Source: Promethearchaeota archaeon
GTDB taxonomy: Archaea > Asgardarchaeota > Heimdallarchaeia > Hodarchaeales > Hodarchaeaceae
Reading direction: 5' to 3'
Length of the DNA: 64,000 nt
Assembly (NCBI GenBank): GCA_048938105.1
Contig: JBHLMN010000009.1
Coordinates: 32,001 to 96,000, forward strand
The translations under genes were made by a program, and so were the position numbers. Shown one piece after another: positions 37,573 to 48,441 of the stretch. The notes under the pieces are model-generated. The model did not search any database. It was not told the origin of the DNA and worked only from the letters and a program-made list of their open reading frames with translations. Position 1 is the stretch's first letter. Each line of letters begins with the position of its first letter.

Positions 37573-38085
37573 ATGATTTTTGTGGAGAAAAGTAAAAATC
37601 AGTATATAGAAAGAGAAATCTCCCATCATAATGAGATTGATCTTAATAATCTTAGAAAGGACTTGAGAGGTACGACTTTACAAGTTTACTTACTTCTTGC
37701 GAAGACAAAGGATCGGAATTTTGGAGTTCGGGAGATACAACGAGTATTAAATATGAGTAGTGTTTCTCTAGCAGATTATCATCTGAAAAAACTCGAAGAG
37801 CTAAAATTAGTGGAGAAAAACTCCCAAGGTAAATATAGAGTAACCGAACTAATTCCAATTGGTGAAATGGAAGAGTTTCTTGTATTGAAGGGTAGATATT
37901 TACCAAAGGAGATTTTTTATTTATCATTCTCTACCTCAGCTTTGATCCTTAGTGTAGTATTCTTTCTTCTAAAATTTTGGGGGCCAATGTTGGCTATCCT
38001 TTTTGCAAGTGCTTTTTTAAGTACAATCTATTCATGGATGAGATTTTTATCCCTTTGGAGAAGAAAAAGTGAAGAATCTTATTAA
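37573..38085 (+). CDS. Membrane-anchored winged-helix transcription regulator
   Basis: GTTLQVYLLL...GVREIQRVLNMSSVSLADYHLKKLEELKLV...GKY wHTH followed by two TM helices. Starts 2 bp after the upstream gene. Confidence 0.8.
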   Translation: MIFVEKSKNQYIEREISHHNEIDLNNLRKDLRGTTLQVYLLLAKTKDRNFGVREIQRVLNMSSVSLADYHLKKLEELKLVEKNSQGKYRVTELIPIGEMEEFLVLKGRYLPKEIFYLSFSTSALILSVVFFLLKFWGPMLAILFASAFLSTIYSWMRFLSLWRRKSEESY

Positions 38086-38179
38086 TATGCTATTAAAGAC
38101 TTATTAACTCCTCTAGAATTGAAATTAATTTTTAAGAAAGGCTCTTTTAAAATTATTTGATTAACACAACGATTCATTT

Positions 38180-38278
38180 ACTGAAATTCCTCTTCTGATA
38201 AAACAAGATGATGTAAGTATCCCAGTATTTGACACTACAACCATTCGGATACTATTAGCAATTGAGTTCGTATTAGTG
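38180..38278 (+). pseudogene. 3' remnant of a second RacX/YgeA-type racemase gene
   Basis: Translates TEIPLLIKQDDVSIPVFDTTTI, compared with TEIPLLIKQEDVDLPLFDTTTI at 36365 onward. No upstream coding part. Confidence 0.8.
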
Positions 38279-38326
38279 AACGTGAATCCATACCTTCATC
38301 ACTTAAATTTAGGTTTGAGTATAGGA

Positions 38327-40969
38327 TTAAAAATGTCTCTCATCTTTTTGTTCAAGGTGAGAATCCATAAACTTCTCAAAATCGGTCCAAGTAACTTGTT
38401 TCTTTTTCACTTGAAATGAAAGATCGCTATGTAGTGCATTTGCAATCACAGTATTCACGGAACGACGACTTGTTATTTGAGAACTGACAAAAGTAATTAC
38501 TAGGGAAATTGCTACCCAGAAAATTATGAAAATAATATTAGCATTTGTTTCAATTGGAATTGAAAAACTAATATACCATTCCAATAATTCAGCCCCAATA
38601 TAACCATTGAAAACTCCAAAAATAACCCCAGTTACCCCGAGTAGGATAGATTCTGCAGAAAAAATAGATAAGACATCGCTTTGTGACAACCCCATTGCCC
38701 TCATGACACCTATTTCTCTATCCATCCTAAAAATCGTCATTAGAATATTGAGTAACTGAGCTAGAGCTGAAAGAAGAAATGTATAGATAATGAGGATTTG
38801 AAAGAAAAGGACTGAAACCTTTAGTGAACTTTCAATGACTTTAGCATAGTGATCTATCGCATTTACAGTCTGCAATTCAGAATACTGTCCTAAAAGTTGA
38901 CTTGCTACAATATTCGCTGATCCGCTCTCTGGTGAAGTGTCCATAACAATCCATTTAGCGGTTTTATTCGACCAATATTCTCGGAATAAATCACTTGAGA
39001 TATATAAATATAATCCATCCTGCAAAAAAGGATTACCTGATGTTATCCCTTTTAGTGTCATATTAACAGCTGAAGTTGACGTTACCTGAACTTTTAAATT
39101 CTCCCCAATTCTTGCACCAATTCGAGCTAGAAGAATGTCACTTATTATTGCTCCGTTCTCCGTTGAATTCAACAATACTGGAATATCAGCCTCTGGTGGA
39201 TTGATCATTGTCTCTTCAATGAAATATTTATATGAATCAGGGTTCACTCCGAAAATTACTGCGTCAATACTGTCAATTTTTGTTCTTTGCTGTTGCATAA
39301 ACTCTGCTCTTTTTATGTCAGAGTTATTCATTGCTAAATCTTTGACAAAAGATACTGGAACTTCAACATTGTCCTTAGTTTCCGCAATGATTTGAATCCG
39401 ACCATATCGTTCTTTATAATAATTCGGAACTGATGCAATAATTGCAGCAGACGTGATACCAATAATTAAAATGAAAGAAAGGGCGAGAGCTGTTACCATG
39501 ATTGTAATGGTTGATTTTTGTGATTCTCTTTCAATATTTCTTGTAGCTATTGTCCTAGCCAAAAGACCAGACCAGATCTTAAACTTCATTCCGACCCCAG
39601 GTAAAAAATGCAATAAACCAATCTCAAGAAGAAAGATTCCTAATAAAATAGACCACACAACAAAAAAATGCCAAGAAAATATCTCAAATACTAAGAATCT
39701 ACTAGCACCAACGAAATTGGTCGTTATAAGTCCACTAAAAATCAAAACTGTCCCAATAATTAAAAAAAATACCCAAATCTTAGATTTAGTCTTTTTTCTT
39801 CTCACCTTCCAGTGAATATTCTGAACTACAGGGAGTGAAATGGCTTTGAATATAGGATATAACCCAGCTACCATTGTGATGAAAACACCTGTTATGAATG
39901 CAGAAAGGATTGTATTAGGCTTTATTGTTAATGCAAATATTCTTAATCTAGGGTAATTAAAATTTAAAATAAAGACAGAAATAAAAGAAAAACCTATTCC
40001 TAAAAGAATACCAAGAAAACTAGCAATTCCACCATAAAATAGTAATTCTAAACCAAGAAAAAAGAAAAATTGGAGATTAGATGAGCCTATTGCTTTTAAG
40101 ATACCAAATTCTTTGGCACGATCTCTAATATTTATAGCGAGAATGTTTGCAATAAATAAAAATTCGATAACAATTGATGCCATGATAATTAGATTCATCG
40201 CAGCTTGATAAGATTGAATGGCTAATATATCAAAATAGCTAATCGTTTTTTCACGATGAACCTCAAAATCAGGCCCAACAAAATCCTGAATATCTTTAGC
40301 TACATTATTAAGATCAATGAAATCCTTAACCATCACTGCTAAATGAAAAGCTAAATGTTTCTCAGTAGTGAATAAGCTAATTAAATAATCTAAATCAATA
40401 AGAATGAAATAAAAGCCGATATAATTACCAAAGTATACTCTATCACTCATTATTCCTTGAATAGATGTGTTAACTCCTTGAAAGTTCATTTGAGAACTTT
40501 TAGGGAGATTAATAGTTCCACCCACCTGGAGTTCCTTTGCAGCCGAGAAAGAAACTATTACATTAGGAGGTTCCAATGGAGTTTCACCTCCTATTTCCTC
40601 TAATTGAGCACTATCTGGGTGTGTTTCAGCTTTTAATCCATATAGAATGATATTATTGGAAATATTTTCTAATGAATCGATCTCTGCGACTTTAAAAATC
40701 GCTACTGGACTAACCCTTTTAACGCCTTTTAGGGATTGTACATTCCCACTTAAAGTCTTCAACTCTTCAATTGTAGAATTATACTTAGGATGAATAGTGA
40801 TGTCAGTAAAGATATCTCCTCGATGTCTCTCAATGAAATCTTCGTAAAGAGAATCAATGGTAATAGCTATCCCTACTTCTAATCCTACAGAAACACTTAT
40901 TGCTGCAACAATTAAATATGTTCGAAACTTATGACGAGTAACGTTTCGCAAAGGAAGTGTTAACGACAT
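38327..40969 (-). CDS. ABC transporter permease, FtsX/MacB-like (two permease repeats)
   Basis: RNVTRHKFRT, DRAKEFGILKAIG and REIGVMRAMGLS. About ten TM segments with two large extracytoplasmic domains. Confidence 0.9.
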   Translation of the reverse strand: MSLTLPLRNVTRHKFRTYLIVAAISVSVGLEVGIAITIDSLYEDFIERHRGDIFTDITIHPKYNSTIEELKTLSGNVQSLKGVKRVSPVAIFKVAEIDSLENISNNIILYGLKAETHPDSAQLEEIGGETPLEPPNVIVSFSAAKELQVGGTINLPKSSQMNFQGVNTSIQGIMSDRVYFGNYIGFYFILIDLDYLISLFTTEKHLAFHLAVMVKDFIDLNNVAKDIQDFVGPDFEVHREKTISYFDILAIQSYQAAMNLIIMASIVIEFLFIANILAINIRDRAKEFGILKAIGSSNLQFFFFLGLELLFYGGIASFLGILLGIGFSFISVFILNFNYPRLRIFALTIKPNTILSAFITGVFITMVAGLYPIFKAISLPVVQNIHWKVRRKKTKSKIWVFFLIIGTVLIFSGLITTNFVGASRFLVFEIFSWHFFVVWSILLGIFLLEIGLLHFLPGVGMKFKIWSGLLARTIATRNIERESQKSTITIMVTALALSFILIIGITSAAIIASVPNYYKERYGRIQIIAETKDNVEVPVSFVKDLAMNNSDIKRAEFMQQQRTKIDSIDAVIFGVNPDSYKYFIEETMINPPEADIPVLLNSTENGAIISDILLARIGARIGENLKVQVTSTSAVNMTLKGITSGNPFLQDGLYLYISSDLFREYWSNKTAKWIVMDTSPESGSANIVASQLLGQYSELQTVNAIDHYAKVIESSLKVSVLFFQILIIYTFLLSALAQLLNILMTIFRMDREIGVMRAMGLSQSDVLSIFSAESILLGVTGVIFGVFNGYIGAELLEWYISFSIPIETNANIIFIIFWVAISLVITFVSSQITSRRSVNTVIANALHSDLSFQVKKKQVTWTDFEKFMDSHLEQKDERHF

Positions 40970-41086
40970 ATTGAATTCGTTTTTTGAAATTACACAAATC
41001 GGTTAAATATCATACTATTCTTTCACTTTGTATTCAAAAAATATATTTAATTCGCAAGCCAATTCAGCAGTCTGAGGTTCATTGAT

Positions 41087-43717
41087 ATGCCATCTCTCCG
41101 CTTAGGGAAAATCATAACTTCTTCGCTTACTATCAGGGACAAAGAGGTCAAGACAGCATGGATCGTAATCCTAATCTGGCTAGTGGTTATTACACCTTTT
41201 ACAGGTTATTTCTCATCACGTGTGATGGAAAGTATGAGTACAGAGTGGAGTTTTGTTCCTGTTGGATCTGATTCTGATAAGGCTTTGGATATTCTTGAGA
41301 ACGAATTTCCTCCATCGAATGAATCACTCGTTGCAGTGCTTAAGTCAGAAACAGGATTTGCATTCAATGCGACTCTGTTCAATAGTACTTTTCAAGCATC
41401 AAATAAAACAATTGAAGATCTTATTGATACCACAATCAAATCTGCAAATGATAATTTCATCTATGGCTTATTGTTAAGTCTTGAAATAAATAAATCAATT
41501 TATGAGATGAAAGTAGGGAAATTTGAAAATATCATGTCCCCTTTTGTTCTCTATCCTGGTTTAATTATGACATTTCCAAACCAATCACAGGTATGGCAGG
41601 ATTTTTGGAATCAAATGTTCTTTGAGGACGATACAATAACTATGATTCTTATTGGATTGGAAATTTCAAGCTCTGGATTTTCAGAACTTGGTTTCGGAGA
41701 ACAAGGCGAATATTTTACTTATATTCAAGACTTACGAGATTACCTAGATAGAGGTATATCACTGGATCTTTACTTAGCTAGACTGGCACTAGGAATCTCT
41801 GTTTCCCCTGATACAAATACAAAAATTACTGGCTCTTTAGCTATTTCATATGATAGCTTAAAGTCCACTCAGAAAGATCGTGAACGTATGGATATTCTAA
41901 CTGTTGTCTTGATTATAATTATTTTGTTCCTTATACTTCGATCATTAATAGCTCCATTAGTTCCTTTGGTGACAATGTTCCCTGCCCTTCTCCTAGCAAA
42001 TACAATGTTGTTTTTTCTAGGTAATTATATTGAAATTGGTTCATTTGCCCCAATAATGGTGACAGTATTAGGTTTAGCGGTGGGAGTTGATTACTCCATC
42101 TTTATCCTTACACGATTTCTTGACGAATTACGAGAAGGGAGAACCAAGGAAGAAGCACTCATAACTTCTGTTACAATGAGTGGAAGAGCCATTCTTTCAT
42201 CTGGACTAGTTGTGATAATGGGATTCGGTGCATTACTTATTCCTAAGTTAGAGTTAATACAGAGTATTGGATTAGGTGTAATTATTGCTATAATCTGTGG
42301 TTTGCTCTCTGCTTTTACATTACTCCCCTCACTTCTTTACGTTTTTGGTGAGAAAATAACTTGGCCAAGAAAAATAGCTTCAACCAAAGTTGAAGAAGAG
42401 GAAAAAAAGACAATACCTATAACAAATGGAAAGATCTGGGGAATATTTGCCCGATTTTCTATCCGTTTAGCTTGGCCTATTATCATTTTAGCTTTGATCA
42501 TTACTGTACCATTTGCTTTATTACTAGCTTCGTATCAACCTTCCTATGATATATTATCTATGCTTCCTCCAAATGTAGAGAGTAGTGAAGCTTTTGAAAT
42601 ACTTGATGAGATAGGCATGACAAGTGAATTATATGGAAATAGCATGGTACTTTCTGGATTCAGTAGTTCGGAAGAATTATGGTCAAACAACACCCTTTAT
42701 GCAATTGATCATCTGGCAGAGTGGTTGTCAAATACTGAAGCTATACATGATGTTGAAACCATCACACGCCCCTCAATGGGTGGACTTGTAAAACTAAATT
42801 TAATTGACTTAGCTAAGACTGCGCAAGGAACAGAGGTTCCATACCTATCCGTTTCATCTTTAAGCGCTGTAGCACGAGAACACCTACCTCTAGAAAGCAC
42901 TTTTGAAGATATTATCCTAGGATATGTGAATTGGCACCAAGCAAATAATACAGTAATAGTGAAATTAAATTTCGTGCGTAATCCAATGGGTCCAGAAGCC
43001 ATGGGAGATCTACGTTATCTGAGAAGCGAGTTAAAAGATTTGACCATATTTAATCTTCCTTCTACAGTTAAGGGGTATATATTTGGCGGAACCTCGATTA
43101 ATGTAGACATGTCTAACGAATTGTATTCTGCATTTCCGCTCATGGTACTCTGGATTATAATAACAATAATGGTTATACTAACACTTTTACTAGGTTCAAT
43201 AACAGTCCCTATCAGGTTAATTATCACAATAGCAACATCTGTAACTTGGACTTTAGGTTTTTTGGTCTTAATGTTTCAATTTAATCTTGAAGAAATTACT
43301 ATAGCTTTACTTAATCCAAATATCAATATTGAAGCAGGACTTTATTGGATAATCCCTCCAATATTATTTTGTATTCTATTTGGATTAGGTATGGATTATG
43401 ATATCTTTATCACATCACGGATCCGTGAAGAATATTTAAAAGGAAAATCAAACCATGAAGCCATAGAAGAAGGACTAATTCATACAGCGTCTGTAGTCAC
43501 GTCTTGTGCATTCATCATGGCTGGTGCATTCCTTGCACTATGGTTTTCTTTTTTATTGATCTTAACTGAAATTGGTTTGGGCATGGTTTTTGCCGTCATT
43601 GTTGATGCTACCATAGTTCGAGTTTTTCTTGTTCCCGCTGCAATGGCAATTATGGGTGATAAGTATAATTGGTGGCCTGATTGGATTAATAGGAAATTTG
43701 GAAAATTAACACATTAA
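41087..43717 (+). CDS. MMPL/RND family transporter
   Basis: LAVGVDYSIFILTRFLDEL and FGLGMDYDIFITSRIREEY, plus DATIVRVFLVPAAM...NWWP. Confidence 0.93.
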   Translation: MPSLRLGKIITSSLTIRDKEVKTAWIVILIWLVVITPFTGYFSSRVMESMSTEWSFVPVGSDSDKALDILENEFPPSNESLVAVLKSETGFAFNATLFNSTFQASNKTIEDLIDTTIKSANDNFIYGLLLSLEINKSIYEMKVGKFENIMSPFVLYPGLIMTFPNQSQVWQDFWNQMFFEDDTITMILIGLEISSSGFSELGFGEQGEYFTYIQDLRDYLDRGISLDLYLARLALGISVSPDTNTKITGSLAISYDSLKSTQKDRERMDILTVVLIIIILFLILRSLIAPLVPLVTMFPALLLANTMLFFLGNYIEIGSFAPIMVTVLGLAVGVDYSIFILTRFLDELREGRTKEEALITSVTMSGRAILSSGLVVIMGFGALLIPKLELIQSIGLGVIIAIICGLLSAFTLLPSLLYVFGEKITWPRKIASTKVEEEEKKTIPITNGKIWGIFARFSIRLAWPIIILALIITVPFALLLASYQPSYDILSMLPPNVESSEAFEILDEIGMTSELYGNSMVLSGFSSSEELWSNNTLYAIDHLAEWLSNTEAIHDVETITRPSMGGLVKLNLIDLAKTAQGTEVPYLSVSSLSAVAREHLPLESTFEDIILGYVNWHQANNTVIVKLNFVRNPMGPEAMGDLRYLRSELKDLTIFNLPSTVKGYIFGGTSINVDMSNELYSAFPLMVLWIIITIMVILTLLLGSITVPIRLIITIATSVTWTLGFLVLMFQFNLEEITIALLNPNINIEAGLYWIIPPILFCILFGLGMDYDIFITSRIREEYLKGKSNHEAIEEGLIHTASVVTSCAFIMAGAFLALWFSFLLILTEIGLGMVFAVIVDATIVRVFLVPAAMAIMGDKYNWWPDWINRKFGKLTH

Positions 43718-43913
43718 TCGACGATCTACAAAGAATCCCACAGGTACATAAGTAAGATACATGCCTTAATAGCTAAATTGATATGTTTAAGAATTGGTGT
43801 TTTTATCAATTATTTGTGTAAATTGATTATGACAATAATATGCAAATAATACAATTTGATTCAAAGAATTACTATATTAATAAATTGAAATCCTTTAATT
43901 GTCGGTTATTTCA

Positions 43914-44201
43914 ATGATATTTCACGCAAAGGCAATCAGTGGCAAGAATACAAAAGTAGATTCTAGTATGTACATTTTAGAAGAGGGAGATTATATAACA
44001 GGCTATAATGCCACATTAGTCTACGTTATGAGCGGTCTAGTGAAAGCTGTTTATGTCTTGGGAACATTTCAAAAGAAAAAATTAGAGATCTTATCTACAA
44101 ACTGTCAATTAGCTTCAGTTCCTTTCTTTCAATTACCCTCTCCAATTGAAGACTTTGAAAACATTAAGGTTCTTGCAGTTGTAGGTAAATCAGCAGAATA
44201 A
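43914..44201 (+). CDS. Divergent eL30/L7Ae-fold RNA-binding protein
   Basis: GDYITGYNATL...GLVKAVYV...LASVP...VLAVV aligns with eL30 GKYVLGYKQTL...GKAKLVIL...LA...TLAII. The ATG at 43914 is preferred over the TTG at 43899. Confidence 0.6.
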   Translation: MIFHAKAISGKNTKVDSSMYILEEGDYITGYNATLVYVMSGLVKAVYVLGTFQKKKLEILSTNCQLASVPFFQLPSPIEDFENIKVLAVVGKSAE

Positions 44202-44352
44202 GTTATTTTCTTTTTTGATAATATTTGCTAATCTAACTAGGATTTATACTAGAATAAAACAGCATTCTAAAGTGAAGAAATTTGACAGAATAAACACATT
44301 GACAAATAGTTAATGTAATATATTCTTAATTTTACAACATATCGGTTTCACA

Positions 44353-45765
44353 ATGAGTAAGTCTGATCAAAATTTCGATGTCATTATTGTGGGAGCAGGC
44401 CCTGCGGGGATCTTTACTGCTTTATTCTTAGTTCAGTTCAGATTGGAACATAAAAATCCGCTACAGATATTAATTATTGAAAAAGGAACAACCATTAAAG
44501 AACGGGTAGAAAATCGTAATAAGGGGGATAAAGATATCATACATGGCTGGGGTGGAGCAGGGGCATTCTCTGATGGTAAATTGACTCTTTCTATAGATGT
44601 TGGTGGGTCATTATCCCATTTTATATCAGTTAGTCAATTACAGAAAGACCTTCAAAAAGTTGAAGAAGTTTATGTAGAATTTGGAGCAGATAGGTCTAGA
44701 TTAATTTCTGGGAGGAATGAAGAGACAAATAAAATGAGAAAACGGGCTCTTCAATTTGGTATTCACCTACTTCCATACCGACTCTTGCATATTGGTACTG
44801 ATAAATGTGTGAAGATACTGGATGCATTTTATCAGTCTTTAAGTAGTCACCCTAATGTTACTATAAACTTTGGGGAAACAGCAACTCATATAATAACTCA
44901 AGAAGATCGTATTATTGGAGTTCAGACTGATAAGAATGAATATTATGCTCCTTATGTCACAATTGGCGTAGGAAGAGCTGGTGCTCATTGGTTACGTAAA
45001 GAAGCAGAACGACTAGGCCTAGAATTTCAAACTAATCCTGTTGATATCGGAGTGAGAGTTGAGGTTCCAGCAGAGATTACCTCCCACTTAACTGACTTAC
45101 TTTATGAGTTTAAATGTCATTTTTACGCTCCTACTTTTGATCAAGACTGCAGAACATTTTGTGTGGTGCCAAATGGAGAAGTAGTCCGAGAAATTGCCTA
45201 TGGGGAGAATGGAGAACAATGGGTTACGGTTAATGGGCATGCTTACGCAAATAAAGACCATCATACAACCAATACAAACTTTGCTATTCTAGTTAGTAGT
45301 AGTTTTACAGAACCTTTTGATGATCCTATTGCCTTTGGACGATCTGTTTGTAAGCTAGCAAACCTCCTTAGTAATGGTGAGGTTATTATTCAACGCTTAA
45401 CTGATCTAAAACGGGGCAGACGTTCCACACCCTCTCGAATAAGAAGATCAATAATATCTCCCACCTTGAAAAGTGCTGTACCTGGAGATCTTTCGTTTGT
45501 TCTTCCGTATCGCCATCTTATGAGCATTTTAGAGATGATCAAAGCACTGGATAACATTATACCAGGTATAGATTCGAATAACACATTTCTATATGGTATA
45601 GAGACAAAATATTATTCCAACCAACTTCAGCTATCAGAAGAACTAGAGACGAAAATCCATGGCCTATTCGCGATGGGAGATGGAGCAGGTGTAACACGCT
45701 CCTTAGCGCATGCTTCTCTCAGTGGGATTATTGTCGCTCGAGCTATTAGTTCACGGTTTAAATAA
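44353..45765 (+). CDS. FAD-dependent oxidoreductase (COG2509-like)
   Basis: DVIIVGAGPAG, GWGGAGAFSDGKL, HIGTD, VDIGVRVE, TVNGH, NTNFAIL and GDGAGVTR. Confidence 0.9.
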   Translation: MSKSDQNFDVIIVGAGPAGIFTALFLVQFRLEHKNPLQILIIEKGTTIKERVENRNKGDKDIIHGWGGAGAFSDGKLTLSIDVGGSLSHFISVSQLQKDLQKVEEVYVEFGADRSRLISGRNEETNKMRKRALQFGIHLLPYRLLHIGTDKCVKILDAFYQSLSSHPNVTINFGETATHIITQEDRIIGVQTDKNEYYAPYVTIGVGRAGAHWLRKEAERLGLEFQTNPVDIGVRVEVPAEITSHLTDLLYEFKCHFYAPTFDQDCRTFCVVPNGEVVREIAYGENGEQWVTVNGHAYANKDHHTTNTNFAILVSSSFTEPFDDPIAFGRSVCKLANLLSNGEVIIQRLTDLKRGRRSTPSRIRRSIISPTLKSAVPGDLSFVLPYRHLMSILEMIKALDNIIPGIDSNNTFLYGIETKYYSNQLQLSEELETKIHGLFAMGDGAGVTRSLAHASLSGIIVARAISSRFK

Positions 45766-46152
45766 ATTTATCAATTAATATAAATGAAATTTTCTTTTTT
45801 AAAAGAATTGTCGCAAAATTGACATTTGAAGACGTTCGATTTTTGCGTAATAACCTACAGTGTGCAAAATCTAATAGTCATTATTGAATCTTAGAGAAAT
45901 TTACGGTTATTCTGACTATTTTTATAGATTCCATCTTTAGTTAGTGATTATCTCTTTTGTTTCTCTTTTAATAATCCATAATCTAAGTTAAATCGTATTT
46001 CTAAGGCCAAAGTTCCGTAAACAAAAGTATTAAGAATAAATGTCAAACTTAGTCTTGTCCAGTCTTGTTCATTGGTGATGTAGATAAGCATCCTTTCAAC
46101 TATCTCCAGTCAAATTCAGCAACGGACTACGAGTAAAGCGATTCTCATCACC

Positions 46153-46650
46153 TTGGTGATTTTTATTGCTTTCATTGCGAGTCTTCCTCTATTCTATTTT
46201 TTTGTTCCTTCTGCAGCTGAGATGATTTCGCTAGATGATCCTGTTATCTATACTTCTGCTGACATTAATATCATTTTAGCTTCATGGGGAGAATCAGGAC
46301 GAGTTCTTCAAATGTGGTTTCATATTACGTGGGATATTGTAGTCCCGGTTTTGTATTCATTGCTGTTTGCTTTCATCATCTCATGGGTGTTTAACAAAGG
46401 TGTTAAATCCGACAGTAAACTGCATCTACTAAACCTTTTTGCGATTACAGGAGGTTTAGCTGATATTCTAGAAAATCTTACGATTATTTTTCTGATTCTA
46501 GCTTTTCCTTCTCAAAATGACTTCCTTGTCCTCCTAAAAAACTGTTTCACCATCTTAAAGTATTTTCATTTAGTTCTTCTTTTTTTGGTGCTTCTTTTGG
46601 GTGTTTTGTTTGCTATTAAAAGCTATATCACCTCAGAAGCAAGTAGCTAG
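46153..46650 (+). CDS. Four-TM membrane protein
   Basis: Hydrophobic helices with WDIVVPVLY and ADILEN. The frame is open upstream to ATA at 46084, behind a GGTGA RBS-like site, so the true start is unclear. Confidence 0.7.
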   Translation: MVIFIAFIASLPLFYFFVPSAAEMISLDDPVIYTSADINIILASWGESGRVLQMWFHITWDIVVPVLYSLLFAFIISWVFNKGVKSDSKLHLLNLFAITGGLADILENLTIIFLILAFPSQNDFLVLLKNCFTILKYFHLVLLFLVLLLGVLFAIKSYITSEASS

Positions 46651-46778
46651 TGAGAAATCTTCTTTTCTCATCTAAGTTACTCTTTTATACAAAATCTAAC
46701 TCCTAGATGGTTTATACCTTTTATATTTGTGATTGGTTGAACGTATATATTCTAGATAGCTAACTGGAAGAGATTCAT

Positions 46779-46988
46779 CAATCCAAACTCGTTCCTCGAT
46801 GATTAGCAGTCTGGGATCTTCTAGGAGGCACAATTATGTTAACAAGAGTCCCGATAAGTATATTCATCCTTGATCCTCTATCCCCCTATCACGACTGGAC
46901 AGCCCTTTTAGCTATTCCAATCATCGTGAATGAGCTGGTACTAGGAGGATGGATGATAGTTAAAGGATTCAATTCATTAGATGAGTAA
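46779..46988 (+). pseudogene. DUF4386-like membrane protein 3' remnant
   Basis: QSKLVPR*LAVWDLLG...LAIPIIVNELVLGGWMIVKGFN. The in-frame TGA at 46800-46802 sits where the family has W (LVPRWL). The 5' part is missing. Confidence 0.65.
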
Positions 46989-47243
46989 CTGGATCCATGA
47001 AGGAAAAATAAATCCTCCTCCCTTCTTCTTCTTTGATTACTCAGTCAAAAGCTAATTTATCAAATTGAAGGTTAATAATCAAACAATAACAAAGATTATT
47101 TGACGAAAGCCAGCTTTTAATATTCAAATGTGCGTTTGACGTCATATTTTGTACTATTATACCACACCCGTTCATAGTTTCAGTGTCTCTTTAATGAATT
47201 TTTAGTTTTTAATAAATTTTTATCAGGTTTATGCCCCTAAACA

Positions 47244-47429
47244 ATGAATATGGTCCTTAAAGAACTTTTTCAGAATAATGCAATATATAAAACACAAGAT
47301 GACGAATATCGCGTAGAAAAAGACATTTATTATGAATACAAAGACTATTTCAAGGATAGAACTGAACAAGACCTGAAATCAAACGTATTGAAAGTTCCTC
47401 AAGAAACTAAAGATGGGAATAAAAAATGA
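47244..47429 (+). CDS. Small hypothetical ORF, possibly a gene remnant
   Basis: 61 aa, ATGA-type coupling to the AKR gene. No family recognised. Confidence 0.35.
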   Translation: MNMVLKELFQNNAIYKTQDDEYRVEKDIYYEYKDYFKDRTEQDLKSNVLKVPQETKDGNKK

Positions 47430-48436
47430 AATACAGAAAATTTGCTAAAACAGATCTTAAATTATCATCCATTGGATTAGGTTGTATGGGAATGAGCCAA
47501 TCCTATGGTGAAAGAAATGATGAAGAAAGCCTACTGACTTTGCAATATGCATTGGAATTGGGTATTAATTTTTTTGATACAGCAGATATATATGGATTCG
47601 GGCATAACGAGGAGCTTTTAAGCAAGTTCCTAAAAGATAGTGACAGAAGCAAGATATTTTTGGCTACTAAATTAGGTTTCAGAAAAAAAAAGGACTATGA
47701 TCCTAGCAAACTTTTCTCGAGCCAGATTGAGGTTTGCGGAAAGGCAGAATATGTAAGAGAGGCAATAAAGACGTCATTAAAAAGATTAGGTGTTGAATAT
47801 ATCGATCTTCTTTATCTGCACAGGGTTGATCCAAATACTCCGATTGAAGAAACAGTCGGAGCGATGGCTGATTTTATAAAGTTAGGAAAAGTAAAATATC
47901 TTGGTCTATCTGAATGCACAGTAGAAGACCTAGATAGAGCCAATAAAATATGGTCGATTTCAGCTGTACAGTCTGAATACTCATTTTTAACCAGGAATGT
48001 GGAGGATAATGGTATTCTTACTTACTGTAAAAAACATGGCATAGCATTTGTTCCTTTTGCGCCACTAGCAAGAGGATTAATGGCAAATAATAAGGATATA
48101 GCTTCGTTGAAGGACGGAGATTTTAGAAAGGGTCTTCCAAGATACCAAGGAGAACATCTAAAGAACAATCTTTTATTAGCCGATGAATTTGCTGTGTTTG
48201 CATCAAGAAAAGGATGCACTCCAGCTCAGCTTGCAATAGCATGGGTATTAGCGCAAGGAAAAAATATCATCCCTATTCCAGGGACTAAAAGAAGAAAGTA
48301 TCTTGACGATAATTGTAAAGCGCCTGATGTTGAACTAGCCGAAAATGACCTTAAAGCAATGGACGAGATTATAAACCATCATCCAGACATTGGCGAGCGA
48401 TATAGTTCAAGAGAAACTAAATTTGTAAAAAGGTAA
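47426..48436 (+). CDS. Aldo/keto reductase
   Basis: [45 protein letters not shown] and IPIPGTK. Confidence 0.95.
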   Translation: MKYRKFAKTDLKLSSIGLGCMGMSQSYGERNDEESLLTLQYALELGINFFDTADIYGFGHNEELLSKFLKDSDRSKIFLATKLGFRKKKDYDPSKLFSSQIEVCGKAEYVREAIKTSLKRLGVEYIDLLYLHRVDPNTPIEETVGAMADFIKLGKVKYLGLSECTVEDLDRANKIWSISAVQSEYSFLTRNVEDNGILTYCKKHGIAFVPFAPLARGLMANNKDIASLKDGDFRKGLPRYQGEHLKNNLLLADEFAVFASRKGCTPAQLAIAWVLAQGKNIIPIPGTKRRKYLDDNCKAPDVELAENDLKAMDEIINHHPDIGERYSSRETKFVKR

Positions 48437-48441
48437 ATAAA

